In this document: in pieces, positions 23,263 through 35,686 of the stretch
How positions within the stretch are numbered: position 1 is the first letter of the stretch
Layout: each line of letters opens with the position of its first letter
From: Octopus sinensis
Lineage: Eukaryota
Direction: 5' to 3'
Length of the DNA: 64,000 nt
Assembly (NCBI RefSeq): GCF_006345805.1
Contig: NC_043012.1
Span: forward strand, 29,636,001-29,700,000
The notes under the pieces: model-generated
What the model was told of the DNA's origin: nothing
Databases searched by the model: none
What the model saw: only the letters and a program-made list of their open reading frames with translations
Program-made: the position numbers and the translations under genes

Positions 23263-26200
23263 TATATATATATATATATATCTGTGTGTTGTTGTTGTAT
23301 TGATAGAATTATTTAGTTAGTGGTGGTAGTTATAGTTGTAATAATATTGGTAGGTTAAGTACAGTTGTAGGGAGTGGTGGTGGTGGTGGTGTAGTAATAG
23401 TTGCAGTGGTAACTATACTCATTCATAATCTACCTGTTTCATCTCTCTTACTCTGCCCCCCTCCCACCCACCCCTACTGCTCATTTAAAGAATTCTTTCC
23501 CCACCCCACCACCCAGTTTTACACTGTTCTTTGGTTATATTCCATCTCACCATTTTTTCTGACACATAATTAGAACATACTAGATTAATTAGCTCAGCTC
23601 ATCAAATCTTTGCCAAAAGTTTCGGGGTGGTGCCGAGGATGACATTGATGATGCAGCAAGATGCACTGAACTAATACAACACATGTTTGGTAAACACCCT
23701 GTCTGGGGTGAGTGTGGGTGGCAGGGGTGGCAGGGTGAGGTGGTGGTGGTGGTGTTTTATTTAACCCTGGATTGAGTTCTGATCCAGCAGACAGACAGGC
23801 AGACCTTTGATCAAATCTGTTCCAGCTGTGATATCATCCTGTCTTGTCAGATATAGTCTCTATCTTGAACTATATAATATAGTGTGGTGGCAGTGGTGGC
23901 CTCTCACCTCTTCTTCCTTCTGAAAATGTTAAAATTATAATTTAATGTGCCGAGTTTAAAAGATCCACAGAACCAGTCTTTAAACCCTTTGTAGACCAAA
24001 CTGGCTGAAGACAATGGGTCTGTTTCTGCAGGAAGAATAAGTGTGTCCTTATTCAGTATTTGAATAGTGAAGCTGGGATTTTTTTTTTTTAGCCATGTTG
24101 AGGATATGGTTTCTTCTCTTGGGCAAGTCTCTCACACCCAGACCAATCTGTAAAGTGTGGTGTTATGAGGAGTGTTTTAGTCTTGTCAAGGACATGTCAC
24201 TCATCTTGTGCTGGTACCATAAAAAAAAAAAAAAAGCACCCAGTGCACTCTGTAAAGTGTAAAAACAAAACCAGATGATAGATAGAAGCACCACCAGTTG
24301 ATGGGGTCAGCAACTCTGAATAAGAAATGGTTTGGACCATAAGGAACAGTCCAACCCATGCCAGCATGGAAGGTAAAAGTAGAAATGGTGGTGGTCATGG
24401 TAGGAACAGCAGTTGTGTTGCCTCTCATGACTTGTAATTATTCAAAGGAAATATGAAATGCATCAGTTTCATGGATCTCAATAAAAGATGGAGGGAGACC
24501 GTGAAGTCCCTTTCGGCCCTCACTGATGAAACCAATAACAGAAAAAAAGCATGTGTAGCATAGAGTTATGTAATTGGCACTCAGCTGGTTACAATGATGA
24601 GGGTTTGAACTGATCCGATCATCAGGACAGCCTCCTTGCGAAATTAATGTGCAAGTGGCTGAGCACTCCACAGACAGGCATACATCCTTAATACAGTTCT
24701 CAGTGACATTCAGTGTGACACAGACTGGCTCTTTTTTAATTTCAAGTACGACTTATTTTTGCCAGCTGAGTGGACAGGAGCAACATGTCACTGGGAATCG
24801 AACTGATGACCTTATGATTGCAAGCCTAATACCCTGACTAATAAGCCATTCACCTTCATGAGTGTTGTGTATATTTACCTTTTAATCAGGACGGAAAGTC
24901 TTGACCCTTCACAGAGACACAAGTTGGTGAGGGAAGGAGAGAGGGAGAGGGGAAATATCCCCAAACAAAAGACCTGGCTAAAATACCTGCAACAGAGTGG
25001 ACTCCACTAAACACCCCCAAAATGCCAAGGGGTGGTGTTAAAGCAATAGACAAACTAAGTTGACCCCACCCCACAAATAGGTCATGGTGAAATTTGAACT
25101 CAGAACACAAAGGCACCTGGTCCAATGTTCTTAGAGTCCCAACAAACCTCTGCCCAGAATTGGTACATTTTTTATTGCCCCTCAAAGTATGAAAGGCAAA
25201 GTTGACTGCAACAGAATTTGAACATAGATTGCCAAGGGTCTGAAAATTTACTACAGGGTATTTCGTTCAGCTTCCTATCGACTCTGCCAATTCCCCACAC
25301 TGGAGTAATGAATGGGATGGAGTGGGGTGCTGTTACATAGAAGGGGTGTATGATGCAGTGTGTGTATGTGGCATGATGTGTCTATGTAGGAGTTGTTTCA
25401 TGATGGTGTGTGTGTTGTTAAATGTGTGTCTGTTAGTGTCAGTGGCACCATTATTTTAGTGGCACACTCCCCACATTCCTTTACAGGAAACAGCGCGTGT
25501 GTGTATGTGTGTGCTGCACTACATCTGCTTTAAAGAAAAGTAACAAAAATACAAAATAAACACAATAAAACCAAAAAAAAAACATTAAAATTAAAACAAT
25601 TAATAAAAAAAATGTTTAAATAAATATTTGACTAAATTTCAAGAATTGAAACTAGAAAACTTTTACACACACATACACACGTGTATAAATACAGGCATAC
25701 ACACATCTAACACCTCTTCTGGCACCTTTTCCATACATACACACTTATCATTCCTCTCCGCTCTTATACATCACCTAAATTTCAATATACATTCCTGTAC
25801 ACGTATGCATATGTGTATATGTGTGTGTGTGTGTGTGTATATTTATATATATATATATACAGACACACATCAGCCATTATGTACACTCAGCAAATGTTTT
25901 ATGCAATCACACACACAAATATTCCTATACAAACATACACACCTCTTTATACATACACGCAGACATATCTTTTATCTTTTACTTGTTTCAGTCATTTGAC
26001 TGCAGCCATACTTTGAAGAATTTTAGTCGTAAAAATTGACCCTAGGCCTTTTTTTTTGAGCCTGGCACTTATTTTATCAGTCTCTTTTGCCAAACCACTA
26101 AGTTACAGGGACATAAACAAACCAACACCAGTGGTGGAGAGAGAAACAAAGACACACTCACACATAAATATACATATATATGAAGGGCTTCGATCTACTA

Positions 26201-27214
26201 AAATCACTCTCAAGGTGACACTGAACCCAGAACCATGTGGTTGGGAAACAAGCTTCTTACCACACACCCATGCCTGCACCTATACGTGTGTGAGTGTGTG
26301 TGTGTGTACACGCACACACATTAGAATTCCTACACATACACACCCCTCTGTTCCATTCCCCCTTCCTGGTTATTAATTCCCTACCACTTCACAATCCCAC
26401 CCACCTACCTCTCTTAACTTTCATTAGTAATATGGTAATGGTAGTGGTGGTAGCAACATGATGGAGATGATGATGACTTACAGTGGTGCAGGGGGGGGGG
26501 CTGATGGTGAAGATGATGGCAATGACAGGTGGGTGGGTGGAGGGGTTACTGATGGTGATGAGAAGAGATGCTAGAAAAATTTTTAAATATTAAAGTGACG
26601 ATGGCTAAACCCTGCCATAAAAGGGTGGATGGTTAAATGTAGGGGGCAGGGATGAACAACAGTGGATGTAGAAATATAAGTAACAGGAGGGTGTATATAT
26701 ATATATATAGATAGATAGATATATGTGTCTATAGAGCATTGAAGTTGTGCCAACAATGCAGGGTGTATATAGAGTGGTAGTGGTAGTGGTGATGGAAGTA
26801 TTATGTAGAGTGACAAGTGATAGAATGTGCTGCATATAGAGTGATCTGATAAATGTGTATGTATATAAGTGTGTGTGTATGTATGTATGTGTGTGTGTAT
26901 ATATATATATATACACACACATATATATACACATATATATATGTATGTATGTATGTATTTTTCTTCACTCTAATGAAGCTCCATGTTCCAGATCAGATTT
27001 ATTACCAAATATGATGAATAGTATTTTTAGAATTTTCAATGGCAATACCACATAACATTGGAAGCAGAAACAGCTGTTAGGTGGGATGCAGTCTATTTGT
27101 ATTGAATTAAAAAATAATAATTGATGTAAGTCAATTGTTGTTGATTGATATTTCTCCATTTTCTGTTTACTTTAAATTATATCTATATATGCATACATAT
27201 ATACGTACATATAT

Positions 27215-28262
27215 CATCATCATCATCATCATCATCATTTAGCGTCCGCTTTCCATGCTAGCATAGGTTGGACGGTTCACTGGGGTCTGTGAAGCTGGAA
27301 GGCTTCGTCAGGCCCAGTCAGATCTAGCAGTGTTTCTACGGCTGGATGCCCTTCCTAACGCCAACCACTCCGTGAGTGTAGTGGGTACTTTTTACGTGCC
27401 ACCTGCACAGGTGCCAGACAGAGCTGGCAACGGCCACAGAACGGATGGTGCTTTTACGTGTCACCGGCACGGGGGCCAGGCGAGGCTGGCAACGGACACG
27501 AACGGATGGTGCTTTTACGTGCCACCAACATGGGGCCAGGCGAGGCTGGCAACGGAACGAACGGATGGTGCTTTTACGTGCCACCGACATGGGGCCAGGC
27601 GAGGTGGCAACGGACACGAACGGATGGTCTTTTACGTGTCACCGGCACGGGGGCCAGGCGAGGCTGGCAACGGACACGAACGGATGGTGCTTTTACGTGC
27701 CACCAACATGGGGCCAGGCGAGGCTGGCAACGGACACGTACGGATGGTGCTTTTACGTGTCACCGGCACGGGGGCCAGGCGAGGCTGGCAACGGACACGA
27801 ACGGAGGTGCTTTTACGTGCCACCAAATGGGGCCAGGCGAGGCTGGCAACGGACACGAACGGATGGTGCTTTTACGTGCCACCAACATGGGGCCAGGCGA
27901 GGCTGGCAACGGACACGAACGGATGGTGCTTTTACGTGCCACCGACATGGGGCCAGGCGAGGCTGGCAACGGACACGAACGGATGGTGCCTTTACGTGTC
28001 ACCGGCACGGGGGCCAGGCGAGGCTGGCAACGGACACGAACGGATGGTGCTTTTACGTGCCACCAACATGGGGCCAGGCGAGGCTGGCAACGGACACGAA
28101 CGGATGGTGCTTTTACGTGCCACCGACATGGTGCCAGACAGAGCTGGCAAACGGCCACGAACGGACGGTGCTTTTACGTGTCACCGGCACGGGGGCCAGG
28201 CGAGGCTGGCAACGGACACGAACGGATGGTGCTTTTACATGCCACCGACATGGGGCCAGACA
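27215..28262 (-). mobile_element. Family C SINE-like repeat carrying an expanded internal VNTR
   Basis: (CAT)n, then TTTAGCGTCCGCTTTCCATGCTAGC...GCTGGATGCCCTTCCTAACGCCAACC (family C tail, antisense), running directly into the array. Flanked by (TA)n. Confidence 0.85.
27411..28260. repeat. Minisatellite, about 60-bp unit x about 14
   Basis: Unit GCCAGGCGAGGCTGGCAACGGACACGAACGGATGGTGCTTTTACGTG[TCACCGGCACGGGG/CCACC(A/G)ACATGGG]. Confidence 0.97.
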
Positions 28263-28306
28263 ATATATATATATATATATATATATAGCATTTTTTCTGA
28301 TGGCCC

Positions 28307-28367
28307 GATAACTGAAGAGATGGCAGCGTGGATTTCCACCCTGGCATCTGAAACTCAGAGTTTTATC
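28307..28367 (+). ncRNA. Type-I hammerhead-like motif H3
   Basis: GATAA-CTGAAGA-[GATGGCAGCGTGG ATTT CCACCCTGGCATC]-T-GAA-ACT CAG AGT-T-TTATC. Perfect 5-bp helix I, intact core, 11/13-bp stem II, GUU site. Confidence 0.65.
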
Positions 28368-28469
28368 ATGGCTACCAAATAATTGTCACATATTGCATTT
28401 ACAGATAAATTCCTCTATTTACATAATATCGAGGTCTCTTTCATTCTTTTGTTGTCTTACCATTTTTAT

Positions 28470-28509
<40 letters not shown>

Positions 28510-28532
28510 TGCTAGCATGGACAACAGACATT

Positions 28533-28745
28533 AAGGCGGTGAGGTGGCAGAATCCTTAGCATGCTGGATGAAATACTTAGCAGTATTTTGTCCATCGCTA
28601 CCTTCTGAGTTTAAATTCCGCCAAGGTTGACTTTGCCTTTCATCCTTTCAGGGTTGATAAATTAAGTACTAGTTGCGTACTGGGGTCAATCTTATCGACT
28701 GGCCCTCTCCCCCAATTTTCAGGCCTTGTGCCTGTAGTAGAAAGA
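28533..28745 (+). mobile_element. tRNA-derived SINE, family B
   Basis: AAGGCGGTGAGGTGGCAGAATC (A box), GAGTTTAAATTCC (B box-like), 3' GGCCTTGTGCCTGTAGTAGAAAG. More than 15 related copies in the window. Confidence 0.85.
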
Positions 28746-28849
28746 ATAGAATTGGGTGTTCATTGGTTGTTGATCCTCTTTGGAACTGTCATCATCATCA
28801 TGATTATCATCATTTTAGCTTTTATTTTTCCATGCTTCCTTGGGTCTCA

Positions 28850-29240
28850 TCAATACATGAGGACCTTGGCAAAGAGGTTTGATGGCTTCCATAGCAAAGC
28901 CCTGAGAACATCAGTTGCTACCATCATGTTTTCAATACAGAACTGCATGTGTGCGCATATCAGCCCATATTCTACCTCATAACTATCCATTGCATGTGCT
29001 GGTACAGACATGTCCTCTGTCTCCTGCTAGATCATCTTACCAGGGCTTTACTCTCATTCGACACAGCAGCTGTGGGCTGGAAGAGGCCTTGTGGCAGGCC
29101 CTGCACCAGATAGTTGGACATGACTGAGGAAGATCTCCAGGGGCTCAACATCTCTTTGGGAGAGGCTGGCATGGGACTGCCAGCAATGGAGAGCTCTGGT
29201 GGATCTGGCTAGCTCTACACATGATGACATCTCTGGGACC
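28850..29240 (+). mobile_element. Degraded RTE-clade LINE 3' fragment
   Basis: Pieces RFDGFHSKALR ... WYRHVL ... GWKRPCGRPCTR*LDMTEEDLQ.LN ... RLAWDCQQWRALV match the RTE C-terminal motifs. Confidence 0.7.
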
Positions 29241-29700
29241 ACTAACTTCAGATGACCCCAGCCTCATCAAGCAAGGGCACACATATATACATCATCATCG
29301 TTTAACGTCCGTTTTCCATGCTGGCATGGGTTGGACGGTTTGACTGGGGTCTGGGAGGCTGCACCAGGCTCCAGTCTGATATGGCAGTGCTTATACAGCT
29401 GGATGCCCTTCCTAACATCAACCACTCTGAGAATTAAATGGAGTTGCTTGAAACGATCGTACTGCATTACCTCTGGATATCCTTGTTGTTTATTTTGTTT
29501 TTATTCACCTTATTTTGAAATTGTATGGATAATACCGTACTAAATTCTGGTGCCTCAACTTAAGTACCATATTCATCTGAATCTAAATTTTTACATATAT
29601 ATTAAAAGGGTATGTTATAACATTATTCCACAGCCATACCAACAATCCAGCATACCGCTATCATCAGCTGCCCCATGGCATATATATATGTATGCATGTA

Positions 29701-30970
29701 CGAGGGGCGTTCAATAAGTAATGCCCCTGACCCACTTGCAGTTGTTTGATCTAGCTGAAATTTTGCATGTGCACTTATTTATACCTCTATAGATTAAGTG
29801 GCGAATTACAGCTCTGAACTAATTGTGGTTTCTGATTTACAGGTGTTTGAACTGAGTCAAGTGTGAAATGGAGCCTGTTGAGTGTCAAGCAGTGATCTGG
29901 TTTTTGTATTTGAAAGGACGCACACCACAGGAGACTTTTGATGAAATGAAAGTAACTTATGGTGATGATGCCCCATCATATGACCGTGTAAAACGCTGGC
30001 ATTGTGAATTCAAGCATAGTCGGAACTCTGTGGAAACAGCTCCCAGATCTGGTCGCCCCCTTCTGCCATTGATGAGACGTCTGTCCGTCAAGTTGAGGCT
30101 GCCATTTTGGAAGGTCAACGCATAACTTTTCGCCAAATAGCCCACAAGGTCAAGATTAGTACCGGGTCTGTGGAAACTATCATTCATGACCATTTGCATA
30201 TGCAAAAGGTGTCTGCCAGATAGATTTCCAGGTTGCTCACACCTTTCCAGAAGCAAGAACGCGTTGAGTGCTCGAGGATGAATTTGGAGATATGCCAAGA
30301 AGATGAGTCAAAATTTTTCAAAAGACTGATCACACAGGATAAAACCTGGGTTCATCACTATGATCCATAGACCAAAGCCCAGTCAATGCAGTGAAAGCAC
30401 CGTGACTCACCTCCTCCAAAGAAGGCAAGGGTGCAGCCCTCCGCTGACAAGGTTATGCTCACAGTCTTCTGGGACCAGAACGGAGTAGTGATGACAGATT
30501 TCCTGGCAAAGGGTACCACAATTACAGGAGCCTATTATGCTTCACTTTTGAGGAAATTAAGAGAAGCTATCAAAATCAAGAGGCGGGGCAAGATCAGCAA
30601 AGGCATCCTCCTCCTGCAGGACAACGCTCCGGTCCACAACTCGCGTGTCACCAGATCAGAAGCACAGGCATGCAGCTATGAACTCCTCCCCTTGCACCCT
30701 CTGATTTTCACCTCTTCCCAGCCATGAAGTTGATTTTGAAAGGAAAGCGTTTCCCAGATGATGCAGCCTTGATTTCTGAAGTCACGTCGTGGTTGGAGGA
30801 CCAAGCTGGGGTCTTCTACAAAAACGGTCTCCAGAGCTGTATCAAACGATGGGAGAAATGCATAACTCTGGGTAGTTCCTATGTAGGAAAAGACTAATAA
30901 CTGTGCCAAGTGTCGTTGCTCTACTGCTATGGGAAGTGGGTCAGGGGCATTACTTATTGAACGCCCCTCG
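29701..30970 (+). mobile_element. Full-length mariner transposon (1270 bp), non-coding
   Basis: Perfect 37-bp TIRs CGAGGGGCGTTCAATAAGTAATGCCCCTGACCCACTT flanked by TA TSDs (29699-700, 30971-72). Confidence 0.97.
29868..30897 (+). pseudogene. Mariner DDD transposase pseudogene
   Basis: HTH MEPVECQAVIWFLYLKG..., RSGRP, ITQDKTW (D1), VFWD, LQDNAPVH (D2), PSDF (D3), RWEKC. Stops at 30221, 30368 and 30392, a frameshift near 30060, and a deletion of the YSPDL motif. Confidence 0.93.
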
Positions 30971-32063
30971 TATCATCATCGTTTGGTGTTATGCTAAGAA
31001 GCAGTGCACACTCCCAAAACTTTTTTGACTCTAGTGAAACTGTTCTGATCACATTTAGTGAAATATTACTATCGATTGCTTCATTTTTTGAAATGTTTTG
31101 ACTGAGGAAGGTTTACGTAATGGATGCATTTCCTATTAAATATTACTCAAACTTGAAACATACATATTAAATGATTTCAAAATAGCAGTATTTGGTATGA
31201 CTTCATTATTACAACCTACACACACTCACATGCTCAATGGACCTTTATCAGTTTCCATCTATGAAATTCACTCACCAAGCTTTGGTCATTCTGAGACTAT
31301 AGTAGAAGATACTTGCCCAAGATGTCACATTGTAGGACTGAACCCAGAATCATTTGGTTAAGAAGCAAACTCCTTGACCACACAACCACCAAATTCCACA
31401 TGATAAAACCTCCACCAAATCAATGTTAGCCATTCTGACAAGATTGGAGGTCTTACAGAGGAATGACCAATTTGCCAAAACAGTTTTTCTGAGACTACAT
31501 TCTACAGCTGGGTGCTCTTCCAGTCACCAACTCTTTCAGTTACCTCTTATGAACATACAGTGTAAAGGAAAATACTCATGATAACTCCCTTAGATGGATC
31601 TCGTCTACATATTTCTTTTTTTCCCTATAAGGATGGTTGGGCAGTCAGGGATTAATCTTGACCTTATTAGTTCCCTAACTGAATTAGTCTCTAATTACCT
31701 TCCTCATTAGATAATCAATTCATTGAAGTTAATATGCCCTTACCCTGTGTTGTAGGTTCACTACACCTATTAGTAATTAATAACTGGTTAGTTTCATTTC
31801 ACTGCATTAATTGCATTATTTAATTAGCATTTCATTAGCTTGTAGCCAGTAATTAGTTTGGTATTAGTTAATGCTGGATTAGCATCAAGTTGCAGAGTAA
31901 ATTATTATTGGCAATAATGAGTGAATTAGATTAACAGTTGATGCTCTGGCCAGTTGGGTGTACTTAATTAATGACTCGTTTACTTCTAGTTAATTATTAA
32001 TTGATTTATGGTTACGAGTTCATTTCTTCTCACTTTCATCTCTCATTAAACTTTCTTGTTAAT

Positions 32064-32109
<46 letters not shown>

Positions 32110-33043
32110 ATGTACAAAGCCTGTAGGTTCTGCAATTATGGTCCTCTATGCCAAAGTCCGGAGATTCCTGATTTTTTTGGAGAAAGATAAAGTCATGGTC
32201 TGCCAGTTCATTTACCATTTACTCTGAGAGTCTCCCAAGCTCACCTTTGAGGCATTGGACCTTTTAACCTCTTAAGCAGTGAAACTGGTCAATATGGCAT
32301 CAGTAGATATCCACACACTGGTGGACCCTTGTGCCACATGTCTTGAGATCAGCCCTCCTCCATGTTCTTTGTCTCTTTGCGACAGGATAATCTTCTGCTT
32401 TTGAATTTGGTTTGCATGATTCTTGATGTGAAATCAGGATTTGAAACAAATTCTATTTTGTATCTTGGCTGGGTGGGGTTATTGTGCCACATATATGCAC
32501 TGGTTCTATTTCACTTCTTTTGATTAATATTATTAGTCAATTAGTTAACCATTTAAGGAATTGAATGACTGTCGTTGATGAGGTTGTGAATGGCAGAAAA
32601 AGTAATTGATTGGTAGGCCGAACGATTAATCAAACAATTGATTAATTAATCAGTTAAATGGTGAACTAGTTAACTAATAATAATAATAATAAGAAGAAGA
32701 AGAAGAAGATGAAGAATCATCCCAAAAATACAACAAAATCTTCTGTTCTTTCTCTCATAACTGGATGTCTTTTACTGGCACTGCCACCCTGGGCCTGAGT
32801 GGACTTGGAAGTAATGGTGACTAAGAAGTGACTCCAACACCCCACAACTCCTGTGTTTGGAGCTCACAGCTCCAGTTTAATGCTTTGCCAGAGACACCTC
32901 ATTAGTTACCACATGGTAACAAGATAAAGGGTCAACCTCCCAAGCAAAAGGCAGCAAGTTCATATCACAAGCAAGGTACTTACCTTGTGGACTGGGTCCT
33001 TTGCTTGTAAAATCTAGTTTGGTGTGGTTTCCACTGCTCGATG

Positions 33044-33206
33044 CACTAGCGTAGCTAGAGTATGTGCTGCCTGGGCCGGCCCTTCTGTTTGCTGCCCTCA
33101 GACCCCACAAAAACATACTGCCTACAGCAGATCCAAAAGTGATGCACCTTAAAAGTGCCACGCAGTACAGACCACCCCTACTGCCCCCCACCAAGCTATG
33201 CTAGTG
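33044..33206. mobile_element. hAT-like MITE nested in a family C repeat
   Basis: TIRs CACTAGCGTAGCT / AGCTATGCTAGTG (12/13). 8-bp TSD GCTCGATG / GCTGGATA derived from the family C word GCTGGATG; the family C sequence resumes after 33206. Confidence 0.75.
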
Positions 33207-33847
33207 GCTGGATACCCTTCCTAACACCAACCACTTTGCAGAGTGGGGACTGGGTGCGGCACTAGAAAGCTTGTGCCCTCAGCAGAACTAATTGTGCTCA
33301 CACACACACACACACACACATGAAGTTCACTTAGCAACCACACAATGTGGGGTCCACTTGTCCTGTGCTCTGTGGATGCTGTTAGTTGCTATCCTCCATT
33401 ATAGCCTTGGGTTGGTCGATATCTTAGGGGTGAAGTTTGACACATAAATACTGGAAGAAGCCTGTTGTGTACGCACACGTACATGTGTGTATACACCCAT
33501 ACATAATGCATAACTATTTTGCTGCAGATATACATACATGTTAATGATACAGCATCATCATCATCATCATCCTCATCATCATTGTTTAACACCTGTTTTC
33601 CATGCTGGCATGGGTTGGACAGTTTTGACAGGATTTGACCAGTCAGAGGGTTGACAGTTGTGCCAGACTTCATGGTTTCTACAGCTGGATGCCCTTCCTA
33701 ACATCAACCAATTGACCGAGTGGACTCGTTCCTTCTCGGTTTCTTTCTTTTTCCCCACCGTGGCATCATCACTGGTGAGGTTCCATACGTACAATAACCA
33801 AAACCTCAATTACCATTTCCACTCTTTGCATTTTGTTGCTGTTTCAG

Positions 33848-34049
33848 GATTATGCCGAAACGACCATGAATGAGCTTTTAGGAATGTACGGATATGACAA
33901 GGTCAGTCACCAGGAAACGCAGAACCTGAATCTCGAACGCTACACAGCATCGTCAACGCCTGACACTTCCATCCAAGGAATGGATGATTGTCATGGCGAC
34001 AGTGATGATGAAAGTTCCGATGCTCCCAGCATAGGAGCCGAAAGGAAAA
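33848..34049 (+). CDS. SOBP: Coding exon of a sine oculis-binding protein homolog (N-terminal conserved motif): DYAETTMNELLGMYGYDKVSHQETQNLNLERY...SIGAERK
   Basis: Acceptor TTTTGTTGCTGTTTCAG and donor AAA|GTAAGT (34050), 202 nt, phase 0/1. The peptide matches the SOBP motif NFAENTMNELLGWYGYDKV (recalled from vertebrate SOBP). The FCS zinc-finger exons were not found in the window, so orthology is not proven. Confidence 0.8.
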
Positions 34050-34280
34050 GTAAGTGAGAATTTTTGTTGCTTCTTCTGTGTTATGTCTTCCTTTCTTCCT
34101 CTCTGTCATTTGCATCTATTAACAAAACTACAAAAACTGAGAGACTGTTCTGCCCTAGCTGGAGCAAAGATCATGTAGGACATTGCTACAACACTGCTAG
34201 AACACTACTACAAGACACCAGAGTCTTAGTCCAACTTCCCAGAACACTGCTGCAACAAATGAAGCATGGACACACACACG

Positions 34281-34317
<37 letters not shown>

Positions 34318-35686
34318 AGCAATAGCCTGATTAAGTTACCATTCATCTTAAATAAATCTCAGGGAATAGTGTCTGTTGTAGTGACCAAGTCTACCTTGTC
34401 CAGTGTCTGCTGTGGCCACCACAATGATATTCAACCCTATATGAACTTATATAAATGTACCTTTTTGTCCACATTAGACTCCAGTATGGCCAATGGTTAC
34501 AGCTAGTCATTCATTAAAATCCTCAGTTAATGATTCCAAATTGAATCAAAGATAAAGTTCACACGGAAATGAACTGATGTTAATTGTGTTAATTACTGTT
34601 ATAAATGTGAACTGCTGTTAAAAATCAATGATTTATGTCTTTGTTAGTTTTTTTCTTTTTTTTTTTTTCTTGTTTGTGGTAACTGAAAGTTCTGAGATGT
34701 TTGGCTGAGGGCAGGGCAAGGAATTGTTTTTACACCAAAATAAGAATGAAATGTAAAAATGTTAATGGTTTATGATGAACAGAAGAATGTATTGTGAAGG
34801 AAAATGAAGTCGTTAAGGTAGAATATAAACAGATTGTTGTGACATGTGAACAGAACTGTGTTGAGTGTGAACAAGTCGTGGATAAGAAGAGAAAAAAAAA
34901 TGGATTTCAAATTTTGCTACAAAGCCAGCAATTTCAGGGAGGGGGATAAGTCAATTACATTGAACCCCAGTGATTCACTGGTACTTATTTTATTGAGCCC
35001 AAAAGGGATGAAAGGCAAAATTGATGTTGGAAGAATTTAAACTCAAAACGTAGAGCTGGACGAAACGCTGCTAAGCATTTTAGCTGGCATGCTAATGATT
35101 CTGCCAGCTTTACCAGCTTTAATGAGCAGAAAAAAATATTAATTGGCTACAAAGCACTTACACTTGTTCTTTGATTCTAACTTTATCTTTCGTCCCTTTG
35201 TGGTGATGGTGGGGGGGGTCAATAAGATCAAGTACCAGTTAAGTACGGGGGTGTAAATGCTATCAACAATCCCTTCCCCACAAAATGACTAGCTTTGTGC
35301 CTAAATTCATGACCAATCTTTCGGGACTTTGTTCTTTTGCAGCTGAAACAAAGAAACACCGTTCTTTCATGATCGATGTCAAAACCTAGGAATTTGTCCG
35401 TTGTTCTTCCATTATTCTTCCAGCATTTCACTTGTTATAATGGTGAATATTGTGAACCAAGTTGTTAATGTGAACAGAAGAATTTTAATGTGTGTATGTG
35501 AACAGATCTGAGCAGAATGTGAACATGTGAAGCCTATGGTCTTCTGGAAGAAGTCAACAGCTGAAAGGAAAGCATGAACGGGGGGGGGGGGGGGAGAGTC
35601 CAGATAATTGACATTAATTTTGAGCTAGAAGGACTGGGGAATTGTGGTTAGTGCAAGTATCATACAAGCAAAAAAAAATCACAGTT

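Noticed and set aside
27411-28260. CRISPR-like array
   Set aside because: Units are contiguous with no unique spacers, there are no cas genes, and the context is eukaryotic.
27330-28382. 350-aa ORF and overlapping 288-, 276- and 132-aa ORFs
   Set aside because: They are translations of the 60-bp minisatellite, open in several frames on both strands, with frame switches at single-base indels.
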